A stretch of DNA of 44,943 nucleotides, from assembly GCA_947085505.1 (NCBI GenBank), contig CAMTWI010000001.1:1-44943 (forward strand), given 5' to 3'. A program made the translations under genes and the position numbers. Every line of letters begins with the position of its first letter. Positions within the stretch are counted from its first letter, which is position 1. The notes beneath the pieces were generated by a model, which saw nothing but the letters and a program-made list of their open reading frames with translations, had not been told where the DNA came from and searched no databases. The DNA is from an uncultured bacterium (GTDB lineage Bacteria; Patescibacteriota; Minisyncoccia; Phycocordibacterales; Phycocordibacteraceae). Positions 34,583-44,943 of the stretch are shown here, piece after piece.

Positions 34583-36334
34583 ATGAACCTCGTTGCCCTT
34601 CTTAAAGAAAAAGGAATACTCTCTCCAGAAGACGCTGAAAGCGTCGAGGAAGAGGCACGTACCACTGGTTTTCCGATTGATACGTTTCTGGAGAAGAAAG
34701 GAATTACTCTCGAGAAAGCGTATGCAGTTGTCTCTGAGAAGTACGGTATCCCGTACCGGGCGTTGCCAAACGAGCTCAAGGACCAAAAAGCACTTTCCTA
34801 CATACCAGAAGAATCCGCACGACACTATGAATTCGTGCCAATAGAGGTGGCAGGCGGCGCGCTTGCGGTTGGTATTTTAGATCCGGACAACATCGAGGCA
34901 CTTGATGCACTCCAGTTCATCTCATCGAGGGTGGGCATGCCCTACAAGCTGTTCATTATCTCTCGGAATGATTTTGATAAGGTGCTGAAGGAATATGAGA
35001 ATCTCTCCGGCGAGGTTGGGGAAGCGCTTTCTGAAATTGAGGGCACGGCTGCAGCACCCCTGGATGATGCTAAAGGGAAGGGGACACCAGAAGAATCTGT
35101 TGATACGAACATAAAGGCCGATGCGCCGGTAACCAAAATTGTGGCAACAATTCTGCGGTATGCGGTAGAGGGTGGGGCGTCTGATATCCACGTTGAGCCA
35201 ACACCTGAGAAGACCCGGGTTCGTTTTCGTATGGACGGCGAGCTTCATACCTCGCTCGAACTCCCAGCTAAGGTGCATCCAGCCGTCGTTGCGCGTATCA
35301 AAATTCTTTCGCAGATGCGTCTTGATGAGAAACGAAAGCCACAGGACGGTAGATTTTCCGCGACCGTGGAAGGGCGTCGTATCGATTTCCGTGTATCGAC
35401 CTTCCCGACTCAAGGAGGTGAGAAGGTGGTGATGCGTATTTTGGACAGTGCGAAGTCGGTGGCGACCCTTGAGACCATCGGACTCTCTGCAGCAGATCTC
35501 GCTCAGGTGCGCGAGATCATTAAACAGCCGTACGGCATCATCCTTATTGCAGGACCTACGGGTTCAGGTAAATCGACAACCTTGTTCTCGATGTTGACTG
35601 AGCTCGATCGGGAATCAGCGAACGTGGTGTCAGTTGAGGATCCGGTTGAGTATGAAATCGCCGGTGTTGCGCAGTCGCAAGTGCGTCCGGAGATTGGGTA
35701 CACCTTCGCCTCAGGTCTACGTTCTATCCTTCGCCAGGACCCGGACATCATTATGGTGGGAGAGATTCGCGATAAGGAGACGGCACAGCTTGCGATTCAG
35801 GCTGCACTTACCGGACACCTCGTGTTCTCAACTATTCACACGAACACTGCGGCCGGTGTTATACCCCGCTTGGTTGATATGGGCGTTGACCCCTACTTGA
35901 TTGCGCCGACCTTGATCGCGGCAATTGGTCAGCGCCTCGTGCGCAAGCTTTGCCCGGGTGCCGGGAAGCCCGTGCCTCTTTCAGAAAGTATGCAGGGGCT
36001 TTTGACGCGTGAGTTCGCGGACCTTCCGGAAGAGTATCGTCAACACCTACCAGCATTTGATCAGTTTTATCGTGCTGAACCAACAGCAGATTGTCCGAAC
36101 GGGACGAGGGGCCGCCTTGCGGTATTCGAATTCCTACGCATGGACAAGGAGCTCGAGCACGTGGTTCTTACCAATCCTACCGAGGAATCGGTGTATGCCG
36201 CTGCGCGCCAGAAGGGTATGTTTACGATGCGTGAGGATGCTATCATTAAAGCGTTAGCAGGACAGATTCCTTTTGAGGAGGTGAATGCGCTTGGCGGCCA
36301 GGTCATTCTCGAAGAAGAGGAGCTGTCTAAATAG
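34583..36334 (+). CDS. pilB: Type IV pilus extension ATPase PilB (GspE/PulE family)
   Basis: ASDIHVEP, PQDGRF, GPTGSGKSTTL, LRQDPDIIMVGEIRD, TGHLVFSTIHTN. Confidence 0.95.
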   Translation: MNLVALLKEKGILSPEDAESVEEEARTTGFPIDTFLEKKGITLEKAYAVVSEKYGIPYRALPNELKDQKALSYIPEESARHYEFVPIEVAGGALAVGILDPDNIEALDALQFISSRVGMPYKLFIISRNDFDKVLKEYENLSGEVGEALSEIEGTAAAPLDDAKGKGTPEESVDTNIKADAPVTKIVATILRYAVEGGASDIHVEPTPEKTRVRFRMDGELHTSLELPAKVHPAVVARIKILSQMRLDEKRKPQDGRFSATVEGRRIDFRVSTFPTQGGEKVVMRILDSAKSVATLETIGLSAADLAQVREIIKQPYGIILIAGPTGSGKSTTLFSMLTELDRESANVVSVEDPVEYEIAGVAQSQVRPEIGYTFASGLRSILRQDPDIIMVGEIRDKETAQLAIQAALTGHLVFSTIHTNTAAGVIPRLVDMGVDPYLIAPTLIAAIGQRLVRKLCPGAGKPVPLSESMQGLLTREFADLPEEYRQHLPAFDQFYRAEPTADCPNGTRGRLAVFEFLRMDKELEHVVLTNPTEESVYAAARQKGMFTMREDAIIKALAGQIPFEEVNALGGQVILEEEELSK

Positions 36335-36340
36335 ATCCCT

Positions 36341-36730
36341 ATGTCTACTTCTCCCTATCGTTTATATCTCGTTGATGATGATCGGTTCCTTCTCGATATG
36401 TATGCCGTTAAGTTTAAAGCGGCAGGACACACGGTAACTGCATTTTCAGCTGGAGAAGAAGTACTTGAGGCACTTCGCAAAGAACCAGCACCTGATGCGC
36501 TCTTGCTCGATATTGTGATGCCTGGTCTCACAGGTTTCGAGATTCTCGAAGTAATCAAGCGCGAGAATCTTGCAGAAACCTCAAAGGTTATCGTTCTCTC
36601 AAATCAGGGACAGGAATCTGATATCGCAAAGGCACGAGAGCTTGGTGCGGACGGCTACATCATAAAGGCGTCAGCCATTCCATCTGAAGTATTTTCGGAG
36701 ACTATGAAGATAATCGAAGCTAAAGCATGA
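36341..36730 (+). CDS. Single-domain response regulator (receiver)
   Basis: LVDDD, LLDIVMP, VLSN, YIIK. Confidence 0.92.
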   Translation: MSTSPYRLYLVDDDRFLLDMYAVKFKAAGHTVTAFSAGEEVLEALRKEPAPDALLLDIVMPGLTGFEILEVIKRENLAETSKVIVLSNQGQESDIAKARELGADGYIIKASAIPSEVFSETMKIIEAKA

Positions 36731-37794
36731 ACGAAGCAGTAGACGCTTCACTCAAGGCACTCTTCGACACGGTTGTAGCCGAAGGGGCATCAGACCTGCA
36801 CCTCTCTGCAGGGAACAACCCAATTCTTCGCATTTCGGGTTCGTTGGTGCCTTTGTTGCAACACCCCGTGCTCACTCCTGAGATGACCATTGGATACCTG
36901 AAGAGTATTGCGCCAGGTCATCGCTTTGAGCGCTTTGCGTCGGAGCAGGCAATCGATTTCTCATACGCACATACTGCAAAGGCACGCTTCCGTGTGAATG
37001 GGTATACCGTGCAGGGTGCTGCCGCTATCGCGATGCGTCTTATTCCACACGAGATTCGCACGTTCGAGTCCTTGAATCTCCCGCCTATACTTGAGGTGTT
37101 TAGCCAGCGCTCGCAAGGATTCTTCCTTGTGGTGGGTCCCGTGGGGCAGGGGAAATCAACGACCCTGGCGACTATCATCGACCGCATCAACGAAACACGC
37201 GCTGAGCACATCGTAACGATTGAGGATCCGGTGGAGTACATCTTTGAGCAAAAGAAGTCCTTGATTCATCAACGCGAGGTGCATATCGATACGCCGGACT
37301 TCCACTCCGCGCTTAACTCTGCCTTCCGCGAGGACGTGAACGTGATCATGGTGGGAGAGATGCGTAACCAGGAGACCATTTCGTCGGCGGTTACTGCAGC
37401 TGAAACGGGACACTTGGTCCTTTCAACGCTTCACACGAACAATGCGGCACAGACTATCGACCGTATTATCGACATGTTCCCGCCAAACCAGCAGGATCAG
37501 GTACGTGTACAGCTTGCAGGCTCACTTGCCGGTATCTTCTCGCAGCGTCTTATTCCGCGCATTGCCGGCGGACAGCTTCCAGCGTACGAGCTACTGATTA
37601 ACAACAGCGCGGTCTCGAACCTTATTCGCGAAGGTCGCACGCATGAGATCACAACGGTTATCCAGACCTCAAGTCAGGAGGGTATGATCGACATGGATCG
37701 CTCGTTGGCGGAACTTGTACGACGTGGCGAGGTAACAATCGAGCACGCGTATGAGCGCGCGAACGATCCGAAGACCTTCGAGCGGTATCTATAG
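36727..37794 (+). CDS. pilT: Type IV pilus retraction ATPase PilT
   Basis: ASDLHL, GPVGQGKSTT, TIEDPVEY, AAETGHLVLSTLHT, AVSNLIRE. Confidence 0.95.
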   Translation: MNEAVDASLKALFDTVVAEGASDLHLSAGNNPILRISGSLVPLLQHPVLTPEMTIGYLKSIAPGHRFERFASEQAIDFSYAHTAKARFRVNGYTVQGAAAIAMRLIPHEIRTFESLNLPPILEVFSQRSQGFFLVVGPVGQGKSTTLATIIDRINETRAEHIVTIEDPVEYIFEQKKSLIHQREVHIDTPDFHSALNSAFREDVNVIMVGEMRNQETISSAVTAAETGHLVLSTLHTNNAAQTIDRIIDMFPPNQQDQVRVQLAGSLAGIFSQRLIPRIAGGQLPAYELLINNSAVSNLIREGRTHEITTVIQTSSQEGMIDMDRSLAELVRRGEVTIEHAYERANDPKTFERYL

Positions 37795-37800
37795 ATTCCT

Positions 37801-39009
37801 ATGCTTTTCTCGTACCACGCACTTGATAAGGACGGACATGAACGAGCGGGAACCGTTGAGGCACTCTCGGTTGATGTCGCGGTTTCAACTCTGCAGCGCC
37901 GCGGGCTCATCGTTTCATCCATAGAGCCGGTTACGAAGAAGTCTGCGCTTAATATCGAGATTGGTTTCTTTAAGAAAGTCTCGAATAAGGAGGTTGTGAT
38001 CCTGTCGCGACAGATCGCGACCCTATTCGAAGCACAGGTCTCGGCCCTCCGCATCTTCCGTCTTCTTGCTGCTGAAGTAGACAACAAGTATCTCGCGGAG
38101 ATTATGACGCAGATTGCGGACGATTTGCAGGGCGGCAGTCCAATATCAAAGGCTCTCGCACGTCATCCGAAAGTATTTTCGAACTTCTATGTGAATATGG
38201 TGCGTTCGGGCGAGGAATCAGGACGACTCTCTGAGACGTTTGGGTACCTTGCGGACTATCTCGATCGCACCTACGAGGTGATGAACAAGGCGCAGAACGC
38301 GCTTATCTACCCGGCATTCGTCATCGGTGTGTTCTTTATCGTGATGGCGCTGATGCTCACCATGGTTATCCCGCGTATCGCCGGTATTCTCAAGGATTCG
38401 GGACAAGATATACCGCTCTATACGCAGATTGTTATTAGCGTGTCCGATTTCCTCGTGCGGTATGGGTTCCTCTTCCTCATAGCACTTGGTGTCGGTGCTT
38501 TCTTCGCCTGGCGCTCTCTTCAGACAGGTCCAGGGCGTCTATTTTTCGACAAACTGAAGCTCGAGGTCCCGTATGTGGGCGATCTGTACAGTAAATTGTA
38601 CCTCTCGCGTATTGCAGACAATTTTGCGACCATGCTCGTTTCGGGTGTGCCGGTTGTTGAAGCGGTTGAGATTACGGCGTCTGTTGTGGGAAGTCCAACC
38701 TATGAAAGGCTCCTTAACGATGTTGGAGAAGCCGTGAAGGGAGGTGCCTCTATTTCTGATGCACTCTCAAAGCATGCCGAGATTCCGGGCATTATGACCG
38801 CCATGGTGCGTGTGGGTGAGGAGACAGGAGAGCTCGGCAACATCCTCACCACGCTTGCCAAGTTCTACCAGCGTGAGGTGACGACTGCCGTTGATACGCT
38901 TGTTGACCTTATCGAGCCTATGATGATCGTGCTTCTGGGTCTTGGTGTTGGTACGCTCCTTGCGTCCGTACTTATCCCTATCTACAACATGGCAGGCTCC
39001 ATTTCCTAG
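37801..39009 (+). CDS. pilC: Type IV pilus platform protein PilC (GspF family)
   Basis: GEESGRL, ALIYP, VGEETGEL, LIEP. Confidence 0.95.
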   Translation: MLFSYHALDKDGHERAGTVEALSVDVAVSTLQRRGLIVSSIEPVTKKSALNIEIGFFKKVSNKEVVILSRQIATLFEAQVSALRIFRLLAAEVDNKYLAEIMTQIADDLQGGSPISKALARHPKVFSNFYVNMVRSGEESGRLSETFGYLADYLDRTYEVMNKAQNALIYPAFVIGVFFIVMALMLTMVIPRIAGILKDSGQDIPLYTQIVISVSDFLVRYGFLFLIALGVGAFFAWRSLQTGPGRLFFDKLKLEVPYVGDLYSKLYLSRIADNFATMLVSGVPVVEAVEITASVVGSPTYERLLNDVGEAVKGGASISDALSKHAEIPGIMTAMVRVGEETGELGNILTTLAKFYQREVTTAVDTLVDLIEPMMIVLLGLGVGTLLASVLIPIYNMAGSIS

Positions 39010-39117
39010 CCCTGTACGGGTTATCCCCATTAGGAGCAGACGAAGAAGGGGGGTGGCGTACAATACAAGTAAGCGGATATTTACCCATTCTGCGCATTAA
39101 ACACATTTATAGACATT

Positions 39118-39597
39118 ATGACTCTCGGACATATCAAAGCAGATCGCGGCTTTACGCTCATTGAGCTCCTCGTCGTGATCGCCATCATCGGTATTCTCTC
39201 GTCCGTCGTTCTCGCGTCCCTCAACACGGCGCGTACACGCGGCAACGCAGCATCGGTAAAGGCCAACATGGCAACCATCTCGGTTCAGTCGGAGCTTAAC
39301 TACGACACCAACGGTGTGTATGTTGCAACAGCAGTTTCTGGTACCTGCCCTACGGCAGTTGTTTCAGGCTCGATGTGGGACACCACCACCGTACAGGCTA
39401 TTGCAGCCGCTGAGGCTGTGAACGGTACTGGCGTGAACATGGTCTGCCACGCATCGACTGGTGCTTCTGGCGCATGGTCCATCTCCTCTCCACTTCCGGG
39501 TGGAACTGGCGCAACTGCGCACTGGTGCATCGACTCTACAGGAGCAAAGCGTGCAACAACTGCCGCTACCACCGGTACAGCTTGCCCAGCATCGTAA
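39118..39597 (+). CDS. pilA: Major type IV pilin
   Basis: RG^FTLIELLVVIAIIGILSSVVL; own -10 (TACAAT 39059-39064) and terminator; 4 Cys. Confidence 0.9.
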   Translation: MTLGHIKADRGFTLIELLVVIAIIGILSSVVLASLNTARTRGNAASVKANMATISVQSELNYDTNGVYVATAVSGTCPTAVVSGSMWDTTTVQAIAAAEAVNGTGVNMVCHASTGASGAWSISSPLPGGTGATAHWCIDSTGAKRATTAATTGTACPAS

Positions 39598-39611
39598 TCA
39601 AGTGTTCTGTC

Positions 39612-39641
39612 GAAAAGCCCTCGAGCAATCGAGGGCTTTTC
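39612..39641 (+). terminator. Terminator after the pilin
   Basis: GAAAAGCCCTCGA-GCAA-TCGAGGGCTTTTC. Confidence 0.85.
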
Positions 39642-39678
39642 GCTTGTGGCCGATGCTATACTTTTTATACGAAACGAC

Positions 39679-40440
39679 ATGCCAACCTCTTTGCTCCTTA
39701 TAGGTTTCTTCTTTCTTGGTGCAATTGTTGCGAGTTTCATGGCGGTTATCGCTGAGCGACTGTATACCGGACAGTCCTGGGTGAGGGGTCGCTCTGCGTG
39801 CAACTCTTGTAGTCGGGAGCTTTCTGCAGCGGACCTTGTGCCGGTGTTGTCTTGGTTGTGTTCCAGAGGACGGTGTCGCACGTGTTATGCGCGGATACCA
39901 ATCTTGTATGCGATAGGGGAGGCAACTCTCGGTATATTGTTTGTGCTTGCGTATCTGAAGCTCGGTATGTCGCTTACACTAATGGTGCTTCTCGCTACGT
40001 TCGCGGTACTCGCATTCATTGTTATGTACGATTTGCGGCATACGGTGGTTCCGACGGTCGCGTCGACCCTGCTCGTTGTCCTTTCCCTGTTCTATGCGTT
40101 TTTTACATCAGGCGGCGCAGAACACCTTGGGCAGACGCTCATGACGGCTGGCGTTATTGGGTTCGGGTTCTTCTTACTCCATTACCTCTCTCGAGGACGT
40201 GCTATGGGGCTGGGCGATAGTCCCGTCGCGCTCGCGCTCGCACTTCTCACCGGCGGATCCTTGGCTATCGCAGGACTCTTATTTTCGTTCTGGATTGGAG
40301 CGGTTGTTGGTATCGGTATATTGGTTGCCACCCCAAAAGGCCATAGAATGGGAATTGAGGTGCCCTTCGTGCCGTTTCTCGCGGCAGGATATATGCTCGC
40401 CTATTTCACACAATGGAATCCTCTCCTCTTAACTCTATGA
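39679..40440 (+). CDS. pilD: Prepilin peptidase
   Basis: RSACNSC...GRCRTC, YDLRH, MGLGD, VPFVPFL. Confidence 0.93.
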   Translation: MPTSLLLIGFFFLGAIVASFMAVIAERLYTGQSWVRGRSACNSCSRELSAADLVPVLSWLCSRGRCRTCYARIPILYAIGEATLGILFVLAYLKLGMSLTLMVLLATFAVLAFIVMYDLRHTVVPTVASTLLVVLSLFYAFFTSGGAEHLGQTLMTAGVIGFGFFLLHYLSRGRAMGLGDSPVALALALLTGGSLAIAGLLFSFWIGAVVGIGILVATPKGHRMGIEVPFVPFLAAGYMLAYFTQWNPLLLTL

Positions 40441-41117
40441 CGAAATCTGTACGAGGATTCACGCTCGTAGAGATGATCGTGGTACTTGCGATTATTATCA
40501 TCATCACTACCATTGCACTCCTTGGTCAATCGTCGTTCAATCGTTCTATGATCCTTACGGATACAGCGTATACGATCGCATTCTCCATTCGTGAAGCTCA
40601 AGCCTTGGGTATCTCAAGTCGTACGTTCGCTGGTACTCAGGACGCCGGCTACGGTGTCCATTTTGGGAATCTGTCGCCCACATCGTACAAGCTTTTTGCA
40701 GACACGCATCCAATAGCACCGGGAGACACACAGTACCCTGGTATTTGCCCTGGGCACCCGAACGTTCCAGCAAGTAATCCCGAAGCAAAGCCGGGGGATT
40801 GTATTCAGACGCTCGAATCAGAGGTTGTTCGGACGTATAGCCTCAATAACGGATTCCGTATTAGCGGATTCTGCGGCAGGCAGTCGAATGGGGTACCGCT
40901 TTGCAATGGTGCCCTTGATTCGCTCAATATCGTCTATCTGCGTCCGAATACGCAGTCTGTTATAACGGGCGTGAACGGGAACATTCGTACCGCGCTTCAG
41001 GACGCCACCATACGTATCTCGTCTCCTGATGGGACTACCGAGCGCTGCATCTACGTGTCGAAGGTAGGTCAGGTGTCGGTTGTACAAGAAGGAGAGGCTG
41101 AATGTCCAACTCAATAG
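40437..41117 (+). CDS. Minor pilin (FimT/FimU-like)
   Basis: RG^FTLVEMIVVLAII. Confidence 0.88.
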   Translation: MTKSVRGFTLVEMIVVLAIIIIITTIALLGQSSFNRSMILTDTAYTIAFSIREAQALGISSRTFAGTQDAGYGVHFGNLSPTSYKLFADTHPIAPGDTQYPGICPGHPNVPASNPEAKPGDCIQTLESEVVRTYSLNNGFRISGFCGRQSNGVPLCNGALDSLNIVYLRPNTQSVITGVNGNIRTALQDATIRISSPDGTTERCIYVSKVGQVSVVQEGEAECPTQ

Positions 41118-41119
41118 CT

Positions 41120-41671
41120 ATGCATACCTCACCTTCATCACGCGGCTACTCACTTCTTGAGATGATTGTATCGCTTGGCATTTTCAGTATGGTTATGCTC
41201 GTTGTTATGGGCGCATACGTTACGCTCATAAGTCTTGATCGGCAGGCCCGCGCGAATAATCAGCTTGCCGCCTCCCTCTCATTCGCGGTTGAGAGTATGG
41301 CACGCGCGATGCGTACCGGTACCGGCTATGACTGTGGCGCCAGAGGAGGTGCGCTAAATTGCACCGGCGGCGGTGATAGTATCTCATTCCTCGACAGCCA
41401 GGGTCAGATTATCTCTTACATCCATAAGAACGATGGGAGTATCGGGCAGTGTACTGGCTCATCGGGATGTCTTGATAACAATGCGGTCTCTTTGACGGAT
41501 CGCCGTATCAACATCACCTCGCTTAGATTTTATGTTCGAGGCGTTGGTGTCGGTGATGATACGCAGCCCAACGTTACGTTCGTAATTGCCGGTAGCATGA
41601 CTACGGAAGCGGGGGAGGTGTCGACCTTCTCAATACAGACAGGAGCGACACAGAGACTCATAGAGCTATGA
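41120..41671 (+). CDS. Minor pilin (PilW-like)
   Basis: RG^YSLLEMIVSLGIF. Confidence 0.88.
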   Translation: MHTSPSSRGYSLLEMIVSLGIFSMVMLVVMGAYVTLISLDRQARANNQLAASLSFAVESMARAMRTGTGYDCGARGGALNCTGGGDSISFLDSQGQIISYIHKNDGSIGQCTGSSGCLDNNAVSLTDRRINITSLRFYVRGVGVGDDTQPNVTFVIAGSMTTEAGEVSTFSIQTGATQRLIEL

Positions 41672-42201
41672 TGAATACTACCCCCATGCGTGGATTCACT
41701 CTTGTTGAGACCCTCGTCGCTATTACGGTTGTTGTGACGGCTATGGTTGGTCCCCTGTACGCTGTTCAGCAGTCGTTGAACGCGTCGAGGACTGCGCGCG
41801 AGCAGCTTATTGCTTCCTCACTCGCGCAGGAAGGTGTGGAGTATGTTCGCGCCATACGTGATAGCAATTATCTCTATGTATTGAGAACCAGCTCCCCACG
41901 CTCATGGCTCTTTGGTCTTGATGGAACAGGCGGTTCGGTAAACTGCATAACAGCCACGTGTGTTATTGATCCAACACAGAACACTGTGAGTCGCTCTATC
42001 GGCCCGCTCTACCTTAGCTCCACGAACCTTTACACACAGGTCGCAGTCGTCCCGACACCAACAAAATACACCCGTACTGTGTTACTTACACCAGTTTCAG
42101 GCAGTGCTACTGAGATGACGCTTACGGTTATTGTTACCTGGACAACAAAGAATCAGACGCGAAACGTGACCATTACTGAGCGTCTTCACAACTGGCTATG
42201 A
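41668..42201 (+). CDS. Minor pilin (PilV-like)
   Basis: RG^FTLVETLVAI; ASSLAQEGVEYVR. Confidence 0.88.
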   Translation: MMNTTPMRGFTLVETLVAITVVVTAMVGPLYAVQQSLNASRTAREQLIASSLAQEGVEYVRAIRDSNYLYVLRTSSPRSWLFGLDGTGGSVNCITATCVIDPTQNTVSRSIGPLYLSSTNLYTQVAVVPTPTKYTRTVLLTPVSGSATEMTLTVIVTWTTKNQTRNVTITERLHNWL

Positions 42202-42668
42202 TCAACAACGAACCACGTGGATTTACCCTCCTTATTGCCGTTGTCTTAACGTCGGTACTGCTCTCGGTCGGGCTTGCGCTGCTTGATATTGCACTCAAGC
42301 AAGTCACGCTTTCTTCGACCGCTCGCCAGTCACAGTACGCCTTTTATGCTGCAGATTCTGCAATGGAATGCGCGTTGTACTGGGATCAGCAACAGAATGC
42401 ATTTGGGTACGGTATTCCTCTTACAAGTATCCGTTGCGCTACAGTTGATATGCCGGTTACCTCAAGTATTAGTGGCGGTATGCAAACGAGCGAGTTCTCC
42501 GTCCCGTGCCCAGGGGGAGTTTCTGCCACTGTGAAAGTGTACAAGAGTGGTGGTTCAGCGACCTGTAATGCTGGCACGGCCAGAAGCTGTTTGTACGCCA
42601 GCGGCTATAACGTATGCAGCGTAACAGATCCGAAGCGAATCGAGCGCGGATTGAAGGTCTTCTACTAG
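42198..42668 (+). CDS. Minor pilin, PilX-like (no Glu5)
   Basis: RG^FTLLIAVV; QYAFYAADSAMECA. Confidence 0.85.
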   Translation: MINNEPRGFTLLIAVVLTSVLLSVGLALLDIALKQVTLSSTARQSQYAFYAADSAMECALYWDQQQNAFGYGIPLTSIRCATVDMPVTSSISGGMQTSEFSVPCPGGVSATVKVYKSGGSATCNAGTARSCLYASGYNVCSVTDPKRIERGLKVFY

Positions 42669-42697
42669 TGGTTGGGGAGGGCCGTTCGCTAGGGTAG

Positions 42698-44725
<2,028 letters not shown>

Positions 44726-44741
44726 TAGATTGCCTGTATCT

Positions 44742-44943
44742 ATGAGTGACGCGAAAGCCAGTCCCGAGGATGTGAAGCGCTTGGCGGCGCTCGCGCGGCT
44801 TAGTGTCGCAGACAGCGATCTCGCGCGGTTCGCGACCGAGTTCGACAGCATTCTCGCGTACGTCGGGAAGCTCGACGAGCTTACGCTTCCTGAGGGCGGA
44901 AAGAATCTTTCTGAGGTTCGTAACGTACTCCGGGCGGACGAAG
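44742..44943 (+). CDS. gatC: Asp/Glu-tRNA amidotransferase subunit C (3' truncated)
   Basis: MSDAKASPEDVKRLAALARL...FDSILAYVGKLDEL...NVLRADE. Confidence 0.9.
   Translation, partial: MSDAKASPEDVKRLAALARLSVADSDLARFATEFDSILAYVGKLDELTLPEGGKNLSEVRNVLRADE

Noticed and set aside
39048-39056. G-run upstream of pilA as a phase-variation tract or pilE-type G-quadruplex
   Set aside because: Only G6 plus GG; too short for frequent slippage and not four G3 tracts.

Overview
Start of a bacterial contig. Bases 1-72 are an untrimmed Illumina TruSeq P5/i5/Read1 adapter. The rest looks like a Patescibacteria (CPR) chromosome, probably Parcubacteria-like (inference: no rpmD/uL30 between rpsE and rplO, a secretin-less pilM-N-O-P-B-receiver-T-C-A-D-minor pilin cluster, genetic code 11). 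Contents in order: 3' end of tuf; the S10/spc ribosomal cluster broken into four transcription units by inserted genes; secY-gmk-adk-map; ndk; a compact 6S RNA; a beta-CASP hydrolase; infC-rpmI-rplT; mntP; smpB-tmRNA; ftsH; tRNA-Ile(UAU); recG; malic enzyme; cupredoxin-DoxX-NUDIX; tRNA-Ser(GCU); comF; the type IV pilus locus; ligA; the 5' part of gatC. The most unusual stretch is the 1.6-kb insert between rpsJ and rplC. It holds a separately transcribed 41-aa peptide gene with (C)LGDGG octamer repeats, and a ~190-nt structured unit carrying a 12-nt exact complement of the canonical 16S rRNA 3' tail. This stands out because core genes here lack Shine-Dalgarno sites and many look leaderless. Also notable: a headless pilin-like fragment at the tRNA-Ser 3' end, a UAU-anticodon tRNA-Ile, and repeated loss of Cys4 zinc sites. 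All calls are by eye from motifs; no database searches were run.
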